The notes beneath the pieces are model-generated. The model ran no database searches. It saw nothing but the letters and a program-made list of their open reading frames with translations, and was not told where the DNA came from. A stretch of DNA of 64,000 bases from Candidatus Methylomirabilales bacterium (lineage in GTDB: Bacteria > Methylomirabilota > Methylomirabilia > Methylomirabilales > CSP1-5). Location: positions 64,001 through 128,000 of the forward strand of contig JBHIAH010000001.1 in the NCBI GenBank assembly GCA_046758505.1. Direction: 5' to 3'. This document shows, piece by piece, positions 9,583 through 19,407 of this stretch. Positions within the stretch are counted from its first letter, which is position 1. Each line of letters starts with the position of its first letter. The translations under genes were made by a program, and so were the position numbers.

Positions 9583-10680
9583 CTAGCGGGAGCCCCGAGG
9601 GGGGCGCCGGATCCTGACGCGGGGCGCGATCTGCGTCCAGATCCGGGGATCTTCCTGACCGATCACCCATGCGGAAAAGCCCCGAAGCTTATACGCGTGG
9701 ACCAGCTCGAGCTTGGCTTGAAAGCTCCGGACGTCCTCGTACCAGACCTCATGTTCCACCCCGTCAGCCTGGAAGCGGAACCAGGGGACCTGCCGGACCG
9801 CATCCCATCCCGCCACAACACCGGAACGGTGAAGCATCGGCACGACCTCCGGAAAGCCGCCGTAGCCACCCCGACCCCCCTCGCTATTCCAGCTCCGAAA
9901 GTACAGGGGGATTCCCAACGAGAGCTTTGCGGCCGGGACCTCGCCGACCGCATACGCGAGGACCCGCTCCATCCACGGCACGCCCGCCACCGGTCCGGGA
10001 GGGGTGACCCCGCTGTGCTGGTCATAAGTCATCACCGAGAGGAAGTCCGCCGCCCGGGACAGGGTGGCATAGTCGAAGACCCCGGCCCAGTGAGCCCAGG
10101 AGGATTCGGAATAATCCTCGGGACGATCCGAGTGCTTGGCCACCACCGCCACGCTCAGCTTACGCCCCCGCCGGTGAAACTGCCGCGCAACCTCCTCGAC
10201 AAAGAGGTTATAGCGATGCCGATACGACGCATGGATATTCTCGAAGTCCAACTGGATACCCCAGTAGCCATCCCGAGTGGTGTAATACAGCAGATATCGG
10301 ATGGCGCGCTGCATCTTGGAGGGATCGTCGAGGACCGCATGGATCACCTCCTGGTTAAAACCTGGATTGATGACCAGGGGCATCACCGCAACCCGTTGCT
10401 CGCGGGCAGCCTTCAGCAGCTCCGGGTTGACCTCTCCAAAGACAAAACCCTCTCGGTCCATCACGAAGACCTGGGGGGCGATGATGCTGATCCGATTCAG
10501 ATGGGTGAGCGCCGAGACGAGCGCCGGGGGTCTTTCCACATAGTAGAAGAGGGTGGCGGCACGGGAGCGAGCCAGGAGCGGGACCGGCAGCGTGACGAGG
10601 ATGATCCCGATAAGGGGAAAAACCGCGGCCCTGATTCCCCTGCTCCTGAAACAGGCCCGGGACTTTCGTGGGCTCCCCAT
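9583..10680 (-). CDS. Glycoside hydrolase family 18 (chitinase/peptidoglycan hydrolase-like), exported
   Basis: GIQLDFE catalytic motif, VMTYDQH, LGIPLY, VWYED, GFSAWVIGQED; signal peptide. Confidence 0.88.
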   Translation of the reverse strand: MGSPRKSRACFRSRGIRAAVFPLIGIILVTLPVPLLARSRAATLFYYVERPPALVSALTHLNRISIIAPQVFVMDREGFVFGEVNPELLKAAREQRVAVMPLVINPGFNQEVIHAVLDDPSKMQRAIRYLLYYTTRDGYWGIQLDFENIHASYRHRYNLFVEEVARQFHRRGRKLSVAVVAKHSDRPEDYSESSWAHWAGVFDYATLSRAADFLSVMTYDQHSGVTPPGPVAGVPWMERVLAYAVGEVPAAKLSLGIPLYFRSWNSEGGRGGYGGFPEVVPMLHRSGVVAGWDAVRQVPWFRFQADGVEHEVWYEDVRSFQAKLELVHAYKLRGFSAWVIGQEDPRIWTQIAPRVRIRRPPRGSR

Positions 10681-10691
10681 CCCCGATCTCC

Positions 10692-11078
10692 CTAGACATG
10701 CACGATGGAGACTCCAGCCGAGAGAACCTTGTGGGTCGGGCAGCGGGTGGCGATCTCTTTGAGCCGCCTCTCCTCTTCCCCACCAAGTCCCCCCTCGAGT
10801 TCAATACGCAGTTCGATGCGCGAGATGACCCCGTGTGTATCTTTCTCCGCATCAAGCCGGATCTCGACCTGTCCCGGGTCCCATCCCTTTCGCTGCGCAT
10901 ACATGCGCAGGGTGACGCCAACTCACGTTCCCAACGCCCCGAGGAGCAACAATGGTGGGCTCGGCCCCGCGTCGTCTCCTCCCAGCGTTGTCGGTTCGTC
11001 CGCCACGACTCTGTGTTCCCCGATCAGGGCCTCGTGCTGGAGATTTCGCAGAGACCGAACGATCACATCGCCACGCAT
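10692..11078 (-). CDS. OsmC/Ohr-family selenoprotein, Sec at TGA 10923-10925
   Basis: One frame across track ORFs 10923-11147 and 10692-10904: MRGDV...[42 protein letters not shown]...IATRCPTHKVL. TGA at first catalytic Cys, second Cys retained; SD GGAGGAGG. Confidence 0.9.
10893..10910 (-). promoter_or_regulatory. Candidate SECIS hairpin of the OsmC gene
   Basis: UGA + 12 nt + CUGCGCA-UGUA-UGCGCAG. Confidence 0.78.
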
Positions 11079-11179
11079 CGCCTCCTCCGGTGTCCAAAAG
11101 CCTTTGACAAGGTCATGCCTGGGGACTAGACTTTTGCACCATACCACTGGTGCGGTTCATCCGCAAGGAAGGGGAAACC

Positions 11180-12667
11180 ATGGCGAGAGCCAAGCGCGAA
11201 ACAAAACCGACGACCCTCGGAGCCCTGAAGCGGAGCCATTTCACCGAGGCCCGCTATGGGCAGAGAACCGTCAAGGAAGAGATGCGGGAAAACGTGCTTC
11301 GCATGTTGGAGGCAGGCGAGCTTCTCTTTCCCGGGATCGTAGGATATGACGAGACCGTGATCCCCCAGATCGTCAACGCCATCCTTTCGAGACACCACAT
11401 GATCCTCCTCGGGCTCAGAGGGCAGGCCAAGAGCCGAATCCTCCGCGGCCTCACGGCCTTTCTGGATGAAGAGATCCCGACCATCGACGGGTGCGAGATT
11501 CACGACAGCCCGTACGCGCCCCTCTGCGCTGCCTGCCGGCAGAAACTCGCCGCGATGGGAGATGAGACACCCATCACCTTCGTTCCCCGAGATCGCCGCT
11601 ACGTCGAGAAACTGGCGACCCCGGATGTGACGGTGGCTGATCTCATCGGCGATATCGACCCGATCCGGGCCGCCCGGTCGGGCCTTGATCTCAGCAGTCC
11701 CCTGACCATCCACTTCGGCCTCCTGCCCCGGGCCAACCGAGGCATCTGTGCCATTAACGAGCTCCCGGACCTCGCCGCCAAGGTGCAGGTCGCCCTGTTC
11801 AACATCATGCAGGAGGGAGACGTTCAGATCAAAGGCTACCCCGTCCGCCTCCCCCTCGATGTCTGCCTGGTTTTTGCGGCCAATCCCGAGGACTACACCG
11901 CCCGAGGCAAGATCATCACCCCCCTGCGGGACCGCGTCGGCTCCGAGATTCGGACGCACTACCCCCTGACCATTGAGGACGGGATGGCCATCACCACGCA
12001 GGAGGCCTGGCTCAGCCGAAATGAGGACAAGCTGCATATCCCGCTTTACGTCTTTGAGATCGTCGAGCGGATCGCCTTTCTCGCGCGGGAGAGCAAGTAC
12101 ATCGACAAGCGGTCAGGGGTGAGCCAGCGCCTTTCCATCACCTGCATGGAAAATGTCGTATCCAACGCGGAGCGCCGTGCCATCCTGAACCGGGAAAAGC
12201 GGATCGTCCCGCGCCCCGCCGACATCCACGCCGCGCTTCCAGCCATCACTGGAAAGCTGGAGCTCGAGTACGAGGGAGAGCTGCGTGGAGCCGACACCAT
12301 TGCGAGGGGGCTCGTCCACGAGGCCATTGGAGAGACGTTCGCGGGCCGCCTGAGCCTGACAGACTGCCTGCCGATCGTGGAGTGGTTCAACCAGGGAGGC
12401 GAGATCCGCTTTGGTGATACCATGACGTCCGAGGGAGCCCTGCGGGCCGTTCAGAAGATCCCGCCGCTCTTGCTGGCCGCCAAGCAGCTCAAGCTGGGAG
12501 AGCAACCTGAATCCCTCGTCTCCGGCTGTGAGTTCATCCTCGAGGGGCTGCATGCCCTGCAAAAGATCAACCGGAGCGAGGAACGAGGCTACTTCGTCGA
12601 GCGGCGCGCGAGCGAGGCCCCTCCGGCAGAGCGCGAGGCAGGCCAACGCGGCCGCTATTACAACTGA
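11180..12667 (+). CDS. AAA+ ATPase, Mg-chelatase ChlI/MoxR-like
   Basis: Variant Walker A GLRGQAKS, LIGDIDPI, ANRGICAINELPDL, ANPEDYTARG, LRDR. Confidence 0.88.
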   Translation: MARAKRETKPTTLGALKRSHFTEARYGQRTVKEEMRENVLRMLEAGELLFPGIVGYDETVIPQIVNAILSRHHMILLGLRGQAKSRILRGLTAFLDEEIPTIDGCEIHDSPYAPLCAACRQKLAAMGDETPITFVPRDRRYVEKLATPDVTVADLIGDIDPIRAARSGLDLSSPLTIHFGLLPRANRGICAINELPDLAAKVQVALFNIMQEGDVQIKGYPVRLPLDVCLVFAANPEDYTARGKIITPLRDRVGSEIRTHYPLTIEDGMAITTQEAWLSRNEDKLHIPLYVFEIVERIAFLARESKYIDKRSGVSQRLSITCMENVVSNAERRAILNREKRIVPRPADIHAALPAITGKLELEYEGELRGADTIARGLVHEAIGETFAGRLSLTDCLPIVEWFNQGGEIRFGDTMTSEGALRAVQKIPPLLLAAKQLKLGEQPESLVSGCEFILEGLHALQKINRSEERGYFVERRASEAPPAEREAGQRGRYYN

Positions 12668-12670
12668 GTA

Positions 12671-12872
12671 GGGTTCATGGTTGAGGGTTCAGAGTCAGAG
12701 ACCTTGGCTCTTACGATGAACCAGTTGGACGGTTCAAGGTTGAGGGGTCAGGGATAGGGATTCTGGCTCTTGCCATGAACCAGATGGCGCAGAGTTGAGG
12801 GTTCAGGGTTGAGAGTTCAGGGATGAAGACTTTGGCTTTTACCCTGAGCTATGAACCATGAACCATGAACCG
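12671..12872. repeat. Three tandem ~60-90 bp units: GGTTCAN/GGTTGAG array + core GAYYYTGGCTYTTRCS + ATGAACC arm
   Basis: Cores gaccttggctcttacg (12700), gattctggctcttgcc (12759), gactttggcttttacc (12828); ends atgaacc x3. Confidence 0.88.
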
Positions 12873-12877
12873 GTTTT

Positions 12878-14131
12878 ATGGGGACGATTCGATATTCCAA
12901 ATGGATCGGGCGGGCGGGCGGCGGTCTGAGTGCGGAGGAGCTGCTGGAGGAGCTGGCGGACTATCTCCTCCACAGCGGCTATGCTTCCTCCTACCATTAC
13001 GACCCCGAGGGAGACCGCAGCCTTCAGGATCTCGAGGCCGCGATTCTCCAGGCCCTCCTCGAGCAGGGAGAGGTTGATCCCCAGGACTTCGAGCGGTGGC
13101 TGGAGAGCCCTGAGTTTCGGGAGCAGTCCGAGCTGTCGGAGCTTCTCAAGACCCTCGTAGAGCGCCTGATCGAAGAGGGCTACATCACGGTGGAGCGGCC
13201 GGGACGGGCGGACGATGACCTGGACATCCGGGGCTATGTCGGTGAGTTCGGTCCCGAGGCGAGCCAGGCCCGATTCGAGATCACCAACAAGGCACTCGAC
13301 TTTCTGGGCTATAAGACCTTGAAGGACCTTCTGGGCGCCCTGGGCAAGAGCGATCTCGGCCGCCACGATACGCGGGAACTTTCCACGGGGGTCGAGGCCG
13401 CGCTCCCCCCGAAACCGTATGAGTTTGGCGACACCTTCAACCTGGATGTGACGGGAACCTTGCTCAACGCTGTCGAACGGCAAGGCCTTGCGGTCCCGAT
13501 CGAGGTGGAGCACCAGGACCTTGTGGTCCGACAGTCGGAGTACCAGAGCTCCTGCGCCACGGTCCTCCTCCTCGACTGCAGTCACAGCATGATCCTCTAT
13601 GGTGAGGACCGGTTTACCCCCGCAAAACGCGTCGCGCTCGCGTTGTCTCACCTGATCCAAACCCAGTACCCCGGCGACAGCCTCCATGTGGTCCTCTTCC
13701 ACGATTCCGCCGAGGAGATCCCCTTGAGCCGCCTCGCGCGGGTCACCATCGGCCCCTACCACACCAACACCAAAGCCGGATTCATGCTGGCCCAGCAGAT
13801 CTTGGCCCGGGAGCGCACGGATATGCGGCAGATCGTCATGATCACCGACGGCAAACCCTCGGCCATCACACTGCCCGACGGACGGATTTACAAGAACCCC
13901 ATGGGGCTAGACCCTTGGATTATCCATGAGACCTTTCGGGAGGTGGTGGGATGCCGCCGGGCCAGGATACTCATCAACACCTTCATGCTTGCCCGGGACT
14001 ATGACCTGGTCGCCTTTGTCCAGAAGGTCACCGAGATCGCCCGGGGGAAGGCGTACTTTACCACCCCCTATACCCTCGGCCAATATCTTTTCATGGACTA
14101 CATGTCCAAGAAGCTCCGCACCATCCACTAA
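12878..14131 (+). CDS. VWA domain protein (partner of the upstream AAA+ ATPase)
   Basis: MIDAS DCSHS, TNT, ITDGKP. Confidence 0.9.
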   Translation: MGTIRYSKWIGRAGGGLSAEELLEELADYLLHSGYASSYHYDPEGDRSLQDLEAAILQALLEQGEVDPQDFERWLESPEFREQSELSELLKTLVERLIEEGYITVERPGRADDDLDIRGYVGEFGPEASQARFEITNKALDFLGYKTLKDLLGALGKSDLGRHDTRELSTGVEAALPPKPYEFGDTFNLDVTGTLLNAVERQGLAVPIEVEHQDLVVRQSEYQSSCATVLLLDCSHSMILYGEDRFTPAKRVALALSHLIQTQYPGDSLHVVLFHDSAEEIPLSRLARVTIGPYHTNTKAGFMLAQQILARERTDMRQIVMITDGKPSAITLPDGRIYKNPMGLDPWIIHETFREVVGCRRARILINTFMLARDYDLVAFVQKVTEIARGKAYFTTPYTLGQYLFMDYMSKKLRTIH

Positions 14132-14488
14132 AGCAAACCCTCTGCCTTCCCCAAGTGGTGCGGGGCCCCCTCCCATGAGGGTGGGAGACGTGACGGCTCG
14201 GGACCTTTGCCCGAACCACGCCGCGGGCTTTCACACATCCCGGAGCACAAAAAAATTGGGAACCGGGCAGATGCCACCCATCCCCGTCATACCGTCAAAT
14301 TTCATCAACTACTTGCACGGTACCAGGATGCGAGGAAGCTATCCCCAATGGGGAGAACGAGGGTCCTGAACTCCCCCGTCCGGTATGCGCCCTTGAGGTG
14401 GAGTGGGGTGTAAAATTTACCGGGGAGACCTGCCCTTCGAGTTACCCTCCTTTGCCCCGTACACCCCCTGATTCAACATCTCCAGTTA

Positions 14489-14545
14489 AATCAATAGGTT
14501 CCAGCTCTCTCCTCCCACAGTTCCAGGTCTGGCACGGACATTGCC
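14489..14545 (+). promoter_or_regulatory. Sigma54 -24/-12 promoter with upstream IHF-like site
   Basis: TGGCAC-ggaca-TTGC at 14530-14544; AATCAAtaggTTC at 14489-14501 (one mismatch to WATCAANNNNTTR). Confidence 0.68.
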
Positions 14546-14613
14546 GTTACAGAGTAAGGTCTTCTACGCTACAGCCACCGCGAGGCTCGGGCCATCTGGA
14601 CGGGAGGAGAGAG

Positions 14614-14802
14614 ATGGAGTGGGTGAAGCTACCCCACGAACGCCCTTGCGAGACGTGTGGAGCGGCTTTCCAGCGCTGGGTTCGCTCGATGGGGGATGGG
14701 CAGCGGGCCGTTGAAGTCACCTTCTGCCCGTTTTGCTCCCTCGAGGTGAAAAGGATGGTCGAGACGGAAGTTCTGGACACATCCCGCCCCGCCCTCTGCT
14801 GA
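14614..14802 (+). CDS. Small CxxC...CxxC (Zn-finger-like) protein
   Basis: MEWVKLPHERPCETCG...FCPFC; strong SD GGAGGAG; directly downstream of the sigma54 site. Confidence 0.6.
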   Translation: MEWVKLPHERPCETCGAAFQRWVRSMGDGQRAVEVTFCPFCSLEVKRMVETEVLDTSRPALC

Positions 14803-15142
14803 GTCGTCTTCCACTGCAGTGAGTGTATCCTCGAGCCGCCTCCGCGCGGCGGGAAGCCCACCAGGCTGATCCGCGAGAGCGCCGCCTTCCGCCCTGGGGA
14901 TGCTTCAGTTGCCTGACTTCCCCGTTCAGATCCCTGCCAATCCGAAATCCCCAGATACGAATTGAGCCCCAAACCCCGGACGGGCTGACCGTGTGGGCTC
15001 GCCAATGATGGGCCGGACCCGGCTAAAGGCAAGGTCGCACTGCGGGCACCGGTGGATTATCACCATCAGGTTCGGCCGTCCATCAAAACCCTGGGGGGGG
15101 CCGGTCAACGGGACCCCGCGACCGAGGAGGCCGCTGGCACCG

Positions 15143-15856
15143 ATGTTGCAACCTGAAAGGGGTATGCGCCAACGACTGCTAAGATGCCCCATCCAAGTCC
15201 CAGTACTCTTCAAGAGACTGGACCGGCAGGAGCCAGCCCAGACGGGCAATGGCTGGACCGAAGACCTGGGAGAAGGGGGTGCCTGTCTAAAGCTCCCGAC
15301 CCCCCTCCTCATGGGTTGCCGCCTGGGCCTCGTCATTTTCACCGAGCCAGACGTCGTCGAAGCCGAGGCGCGTGTGTTATGGGTGCGACCGGGGGGCCAT
15401 CGCGCTTTTTACTTTCATGGCGTGGAATTCCTCAACCTCACACCCGCGTATTACGAGGCCCTTCTCAAGGCTTTGGCCCCCGAGAAGTGCTCGGAAAAGC
15501 GGGGATACCACCGCTTTCCTCTCAGCCTCCGGATCTCGTGCCAAGCGATCAAGACGGATACCCCTCCCCTGGAAGGTCAAATCGGGAACATCAGCCGAGG
15601 GGGAGCAATGATCTTCCTTCCCGAGCAGCTCCTCCCGCACACCGAGGTCGAGATCACCCTGGTCGCTCCCCGAACAGAGCGAATTCTCGGGAAGGTGCGA
15701 TGGGTACTCGATTCGAAAGATGATTTTGGACTCTTCGGCCACGGGATCGAATTCCTCCAGGGACCCCTCGAAAACGAACGCTTCTTGAGTCTCTTCTCCG
15801 ACGCTCTCGCCGAGGAAAGCTCGGACGCCCATGCGGCGGAGAGAGAGCCGGCCTAA
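15143..15856 (+). CDS. Tandem PilZ-domain protein
   Basis: Two repeats with R-rich motif plus D/NxSxxG-like motif (RQRLLR...DLGEGG; KRGYHR...NISRGG), each ending in HG[VI]EF. Confidence 0.85.
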   Translation: MLQPERGMRQRLLRCPIQVPVLFKRLDRQEPAQTGNGWTEDLGEGGACLKLPTPLLMGCRLGLVIFTEPDVVEAEARVLWVRPGGHRAFYFHGVEFLNLTPAYYEALLKALAPEKCSEKRGYHRFPLSLRISCQAIKTDTPPLEGQIGNISRGGAMIFLPEQLLPHTEVEITLVAPRTERILGKVRWVLDSKDDFGLFGHGIEFLQGPLENERFLSLFSDALAEESSDAHAAEREPA

Positions 15857-16204
15857 CCCCCTCTCCCCCCTCTCTTGACTTCGGTCTCCCCCTTTGGTAG
15901 ATGGTCTAGGGGGTGGTTTTGTTTCCCCAAATGCTCGCGGTGTACTCGCGGCTCCCGGTGCAGGGGCGCCGTTCCCCGCAACACGCAACAGGATAGCCGC
16001 CGATAGAGAACCGGCCAGCACGACCTTGGAGCGCCCGACGGCATACACCGGTGGGCGGGGGAGCCACCCGTCGAGCCGCCCGGGTGGCGTAATCGGATCG
16101 GCTATCTCCGCGGGCGGTGGACCCACCAGGAACTCCTCGATACGAATCTCTCCATCACCTCGTTTGGCGAGGATGAGGCGGGGGAACTGTAAAAAGGAGA
16201 CATC

Positions 16205-17245
16205 ATGCGCAACGAACCGATCCGTGTGGGAGTCGTGGGCGCGGGAGCCAACACGTGCCTCACGCACATCCCCGGGCTCAAAGCCATTCAGGGCGTGGAG
16301 ATCGTCAGCGTGGCCAACCGCAGCCGCGAGTCGGGTGAGCGTGTGGCCCGGGAGTTCGGCATCTCAACGGTGTACGACAACTGGTTAGAGCTGGTGGAGG
16401 CCGACGACACCGATGCCATCTGCATCGGCACATGGCCCTACCTGCACTGCCCCGTGACCCTGGCGGCGCTCGAGAGCGGCAAGCATGTCCTGTGCGAAGC
16501 GCGGATGGCGATGAATGCGGCAGAGGCGCATGCCATGCTGGAGGCGGCCCGGCAGGACCCCCACCTGGTCACCCAGGTGGTTCCCGCCCCGCATACCCTG
16601 GCCATCGACGGCACCATCCAAAAGCTCATCGCCCATGGCTACCTCGGGGAGGTTTTGGCAGTGGAGATTCGGGCGGTACAGACCACCTTCGCGGACCGGG
16701 AGTCCCCCCCGCACTGGCGGCAAGAGGCGGACCTCAGCGGCTTCAACACCCTGACAATGGGTATCTGGTACGAGGCGATGATGCGCTGGGTGGGTCCTGC
16801 GAGCCGGGTAATGGCCATGACCAAGGTGTGTGTCCCCCAGCGAAAGGACCTGACCGGCCTCCTCCAGACGGTGACCATCCCCGACCATGTGGATATCATC
16901 GCCACTCTGGCATGTGGAGCGATTGCGCACCTCCGCTTCAGCGCCGTCACAGGCCTGGCGCCGACCAACGAGGTATGGCTTTTCGGCACCGAGGGGACGT
17001 TGAGACTGGATACTTCCACCCTCGAGCTGTACGGGGGACGGCGGCGAGACACAGCCCAGCAAAAGATTGTGATACCCCCGGAGGAGCAGGGACGCTGGCG
17101 GGTGGAGGAGGAATTTATCAATGCGATCCGGGGCAAGGAAAAGATCACGCGCACCAGCTTCGAGGACGGGGTCCGCTACATGGAGTTTACCGAGGCGGCG
17201 ATCCGAAGCGCCCAGTCGGGCCAGGCCATCAGCTTGCCCCTATAG
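16205..17245 (+). CDS. Gfo/Idh/MocA-family oxidoreductase
   Basis: IRVGVVGAG, GKHVLCEARMA. Confidence 0.92.
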   Translation: MRNEPIRVGVVGAGANTCLTHIPGLKAIQGVEIVSVANRSRESGERVAREFGISTVYDNWLELVEADDTDAICIGTWPYLHCPVTLAALESGKHVLCEARMAMNAAEAHAMLEAARQDPHLVTQVVPAPHTLAIDGTIQKLIAHGYLGEVLAVEIRAVQTTFADRESPPHWRQEADLSGFNTLTMGIWYEAMMRWVGPASRVMAMTKVCVPQRKDLTGLLQTVTIPDHVDIIATLACGAIAHLRFSAVTGLAPTNEVWLFGTEGTLRLDTSTLELYGGRRRDTAQQKIVIPPEEQGRWRVEEEFINAIRGKEKITRTSFEDGVRYMEFTEAAIRSAQSGQAISLPL

Positions 17246-17346
17246 CCTTCTTCACTCCAACACCCCCCACCCCGGATAAAGAAGCGTGGTACGAAAGATC
17301 CGGAGCGCCGTGAGTCACTGCCGCTCATCAAAAGGAGGACCGAGGA

Positions 17347-18042
17347 ATGAAGCTGCTGTCGGTGAACGTATCGCTGCCAAAGGAGATTCCATATGAGGGA
17401 AGGACGACCACGACCGGTATTTTCAAGGAACCGGTAGACGGCCGCGTGATGCTTCGAGCATTGCATCTCGACGGGGATGGGCAGGCCGACCTCAAAGCGC
17501 ACGGGGGGATCCACAAAGCGGTCTACGTCTACTCGATAGAGCACTACGAGTACTGGAAGCGCGAGCTGGGGCGAACGGATTTTACTTTTGGGCAGTTCGG
17601 CGAGAATTTCACCGTCAAGGGAATGCCGGACGACGCAATTCATGTCGGCGACCAGTTTCACGTGGGCAGCGCACTCGTCGAAGTGACCCAGCCGCGCGTC
17701 CCGTGCTTCAAGCTCGGCCTCAAAATGGGATTGGCGCAATTCCCCAAGCTGTTTTTGGCGAGCGGCCGCCCGGGCTTTTACCTGCGCGTCCTGAAAGAAG
17801 GCGAGGTGGGCGCGGGTGATACCATGGAACGCATCACGGTTGAGCCCCACCACATGACGGTGCAGGAGGTGTGCCGCCTCCTCTACTTCGATCCGAAGAA
17901 CCTGGAGGGGGCCAGAAAGGCGCTGCGCATCCAGGCACTCTCGCCCGGATGGCGGCAATCCTTTGAAGAACGATTGAGCAAGGCCGGAGTCCCGATTGAG
18001 CGCGGCGAGGAAGCCACAGAGGAAAAGTGCTGCGGGCCGTAA
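17347..18042 (+). CDS. MOSC domain protein (YiiM-like) with 3-alpha domain
   Basis: TGIFKEPV, DGDGQADLKAHGG..KAVY, FGENF, TQPRVPCFKL, GFYLRVL. Confidence 0.93.
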   Translation: MKLLSVNVSLPKEIPYEGRTTTTGIFKEPVDGRVMLRALHLDGDGQADLKAHGGIHKAVYVYSIEHYEYWKRELGRTDFTFGQFGENFTVKGMPDDAIHVGDQFHVGSALVEVTQPRVPCFKLGLKMGLAQFPKLFLASGRPGFYLRVLKEGEVGAGDTMERITVEPHHMTVQEVCRLLYFDPKNLEGARKALRIQALSPGWRQSFEERLSKAGVPIERGEEATEEKCCGP

Positions 18043-18076
18043 CGCGTGACCGCTCCTGCTCAGTCACCCGTGAGGG

Positions 18077-18460
18077 TTAGGGGCGGGCGTACTCGTCCTC
18101 GGTCACCTCGTCCATCCACTGGGTGTCTCCCCCCGTGGTGACCGCGAAATGAACCATGGCGCTACTGGGTCCTGCCCCGTGCCAGTGCTTTTCCCCAGGC
18201 GCGAAGTAGACAACGTCTCCGGGAGCAATCTCGATCGCCGACTCCCCCGATTTCTGAACCCGCCCGGTCCCACTCACGACATAGAGCGTCTGCTCACCAC
18301 CGTGTGCATGCCACTGCGTCCGGGCCCCGGGCTCGAAAAATACCAGGTACACCCGCATGCCCGCGGGCCGTTGGGCCCTGAGCAGCGCTTCAACCCACGC
18401 CGTGCCCGTAAATCGCTCCCCCCGTCGGGCCTCGCTATCCTGTGCCCGAATCACCTCCAT
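18077..18460 (-). CDS. Cupin domain protein
   Basis: FEPGARTQWHAH..EQTL; PGDVV..PGEKHWHGA. Confidence 0.9.
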   Translation of the reverse strand: MEVIRAQDSEARRGERFTGTAWVEALLRAQRPAGMRVYLVFFEPGARTQWHAHGGEQTLYVVSGTGRVQKSGESAIEIAPGDVVYFAPGEKHWHGAGPSSAMVHFAVTTGGDTQWMDEVTEDEYARP

Positions 18461-18570
18461 GAGATCCTCCTTCACCATGGCCCCAGGCCAGCCCGTCCCC
18501 GGCAAAATAGCGCGGTGCACATCATCGCCGATGGTGCCGTACAGCCGCGCACGTTCCCCTCATGACCCCT

Positions 18571-19299
18571 TCAGACCTTCTGTGCAAAGATGAACAGCGT
18601 ATCTCCACCACCAAGAATTGCATCACTGCTGGTTTCGGAAATCCAATATCGTTCACGCGCGTCTTCCGGCCAGAGCCTGTTGTACACGCGGATAAGCCAC
18701 ACCAGCGGCCTAAGGAACACTTGCCTCCTTTTCTTTTTCCCGGTGCTGATTTCTGTAATTCGAAGACGCGCATGCTCGAGGGCGAATTTGAGGAGTGTGA
18801 ACCCAAGCGGCGTCAAATGCATTTCAGTTATTTTCCCCCGATATTTTTCCCTGAACGCGTGCTGCGACACTGGCTTGGTAAACGATCCCGTGACGAGAAA
18901 TTTCAGTCGCCGCTCAATGTTCACATAATTCGGCGTCGTCATAATCAGCGTTCCACCCGGCTTCAGCACCCGCGAAACCTCGCGGACGGCGTTATAGGGA
19001 TTCTCCGTATGCTCGATGCCCTCCAAAAAGCACACGTAATCAAATTGCCGGTCACCATAGGGTATCCTCGCATTCAAGTCACCCCGGTCCACCGCGAGTT
19101 CATCGACCGAAAACTGTGTCGGGTCTATATCGCAGCACGTCACGTCAAATTGTAAATCGACTAGCCGTTTTGCGAGTGCGCCGTAACCCGTTGGAATATC
19201 AAGCACCTTTCCCCGCGGCTTCTCTGCAAGGTATGCAAGCACCTTTTCGTGAATACCCTCTCTTCCACGCGGAATGGTTTGTCGCGGTTGTGCACCCAT
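18571..19299 (-). CDS. Class I SAM-dependent methyltransferase
   Basis: VLDIPTGYG, FDYVCFLEGIEH, RVLKPGG..TTPN. Confidence 0.9.
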   Translation of the reverse strand: MGAQPRQTIPRGREGIHEKVLAYLAEKPRGKVLDIPTGYGALAKRLVDLQFDVTCCDIDPTQFSVDELAVDRGDLNARIPYGDRQFDYVCFLEGIEHTENPYNAVREVSRVLKPGGTLIMTTPNYVNIERRLKFLVTGSFTKPVSQHAFREKYRGKITEMHLTPLGFTLLKFALEHARLRITEISTGKKKRRQVFLRPLVWLIRVYNRLWPEDARERYWISETSSDAILGGGDTLFIFAQKV

Positions 19300-19407
19300 C
19301 TCAAAACGGAACCGGCCCTCCGGCCAACCGAGGCAGGAGAAGGCATCTGGTTGTTGAAAGGTTCACCGCATCACGCACGGGTCCCGGGGCGTCGATCGGC
19401 AGGCCTC

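Noticed and set aside
12671..12872. Possible CRISPR array
   Set aside because: Units are degenerate and of unequal length, have no unique spacers, and no cas genes are nearby; explained by the heptamer element.
14803..15142. c-di-GMP riboswitch upstream of the PilZ gene
   Set aside because: No GEMM-type GGCAAA..GAAA..GACGCAAAGC pattern visible.
18018..18042. C-terminal KCCGP of the MOSC protein as a Sec/recoding site
   Set aside because: Ends in TAA with ordinary Cys codons; at most a metal-binding tail.
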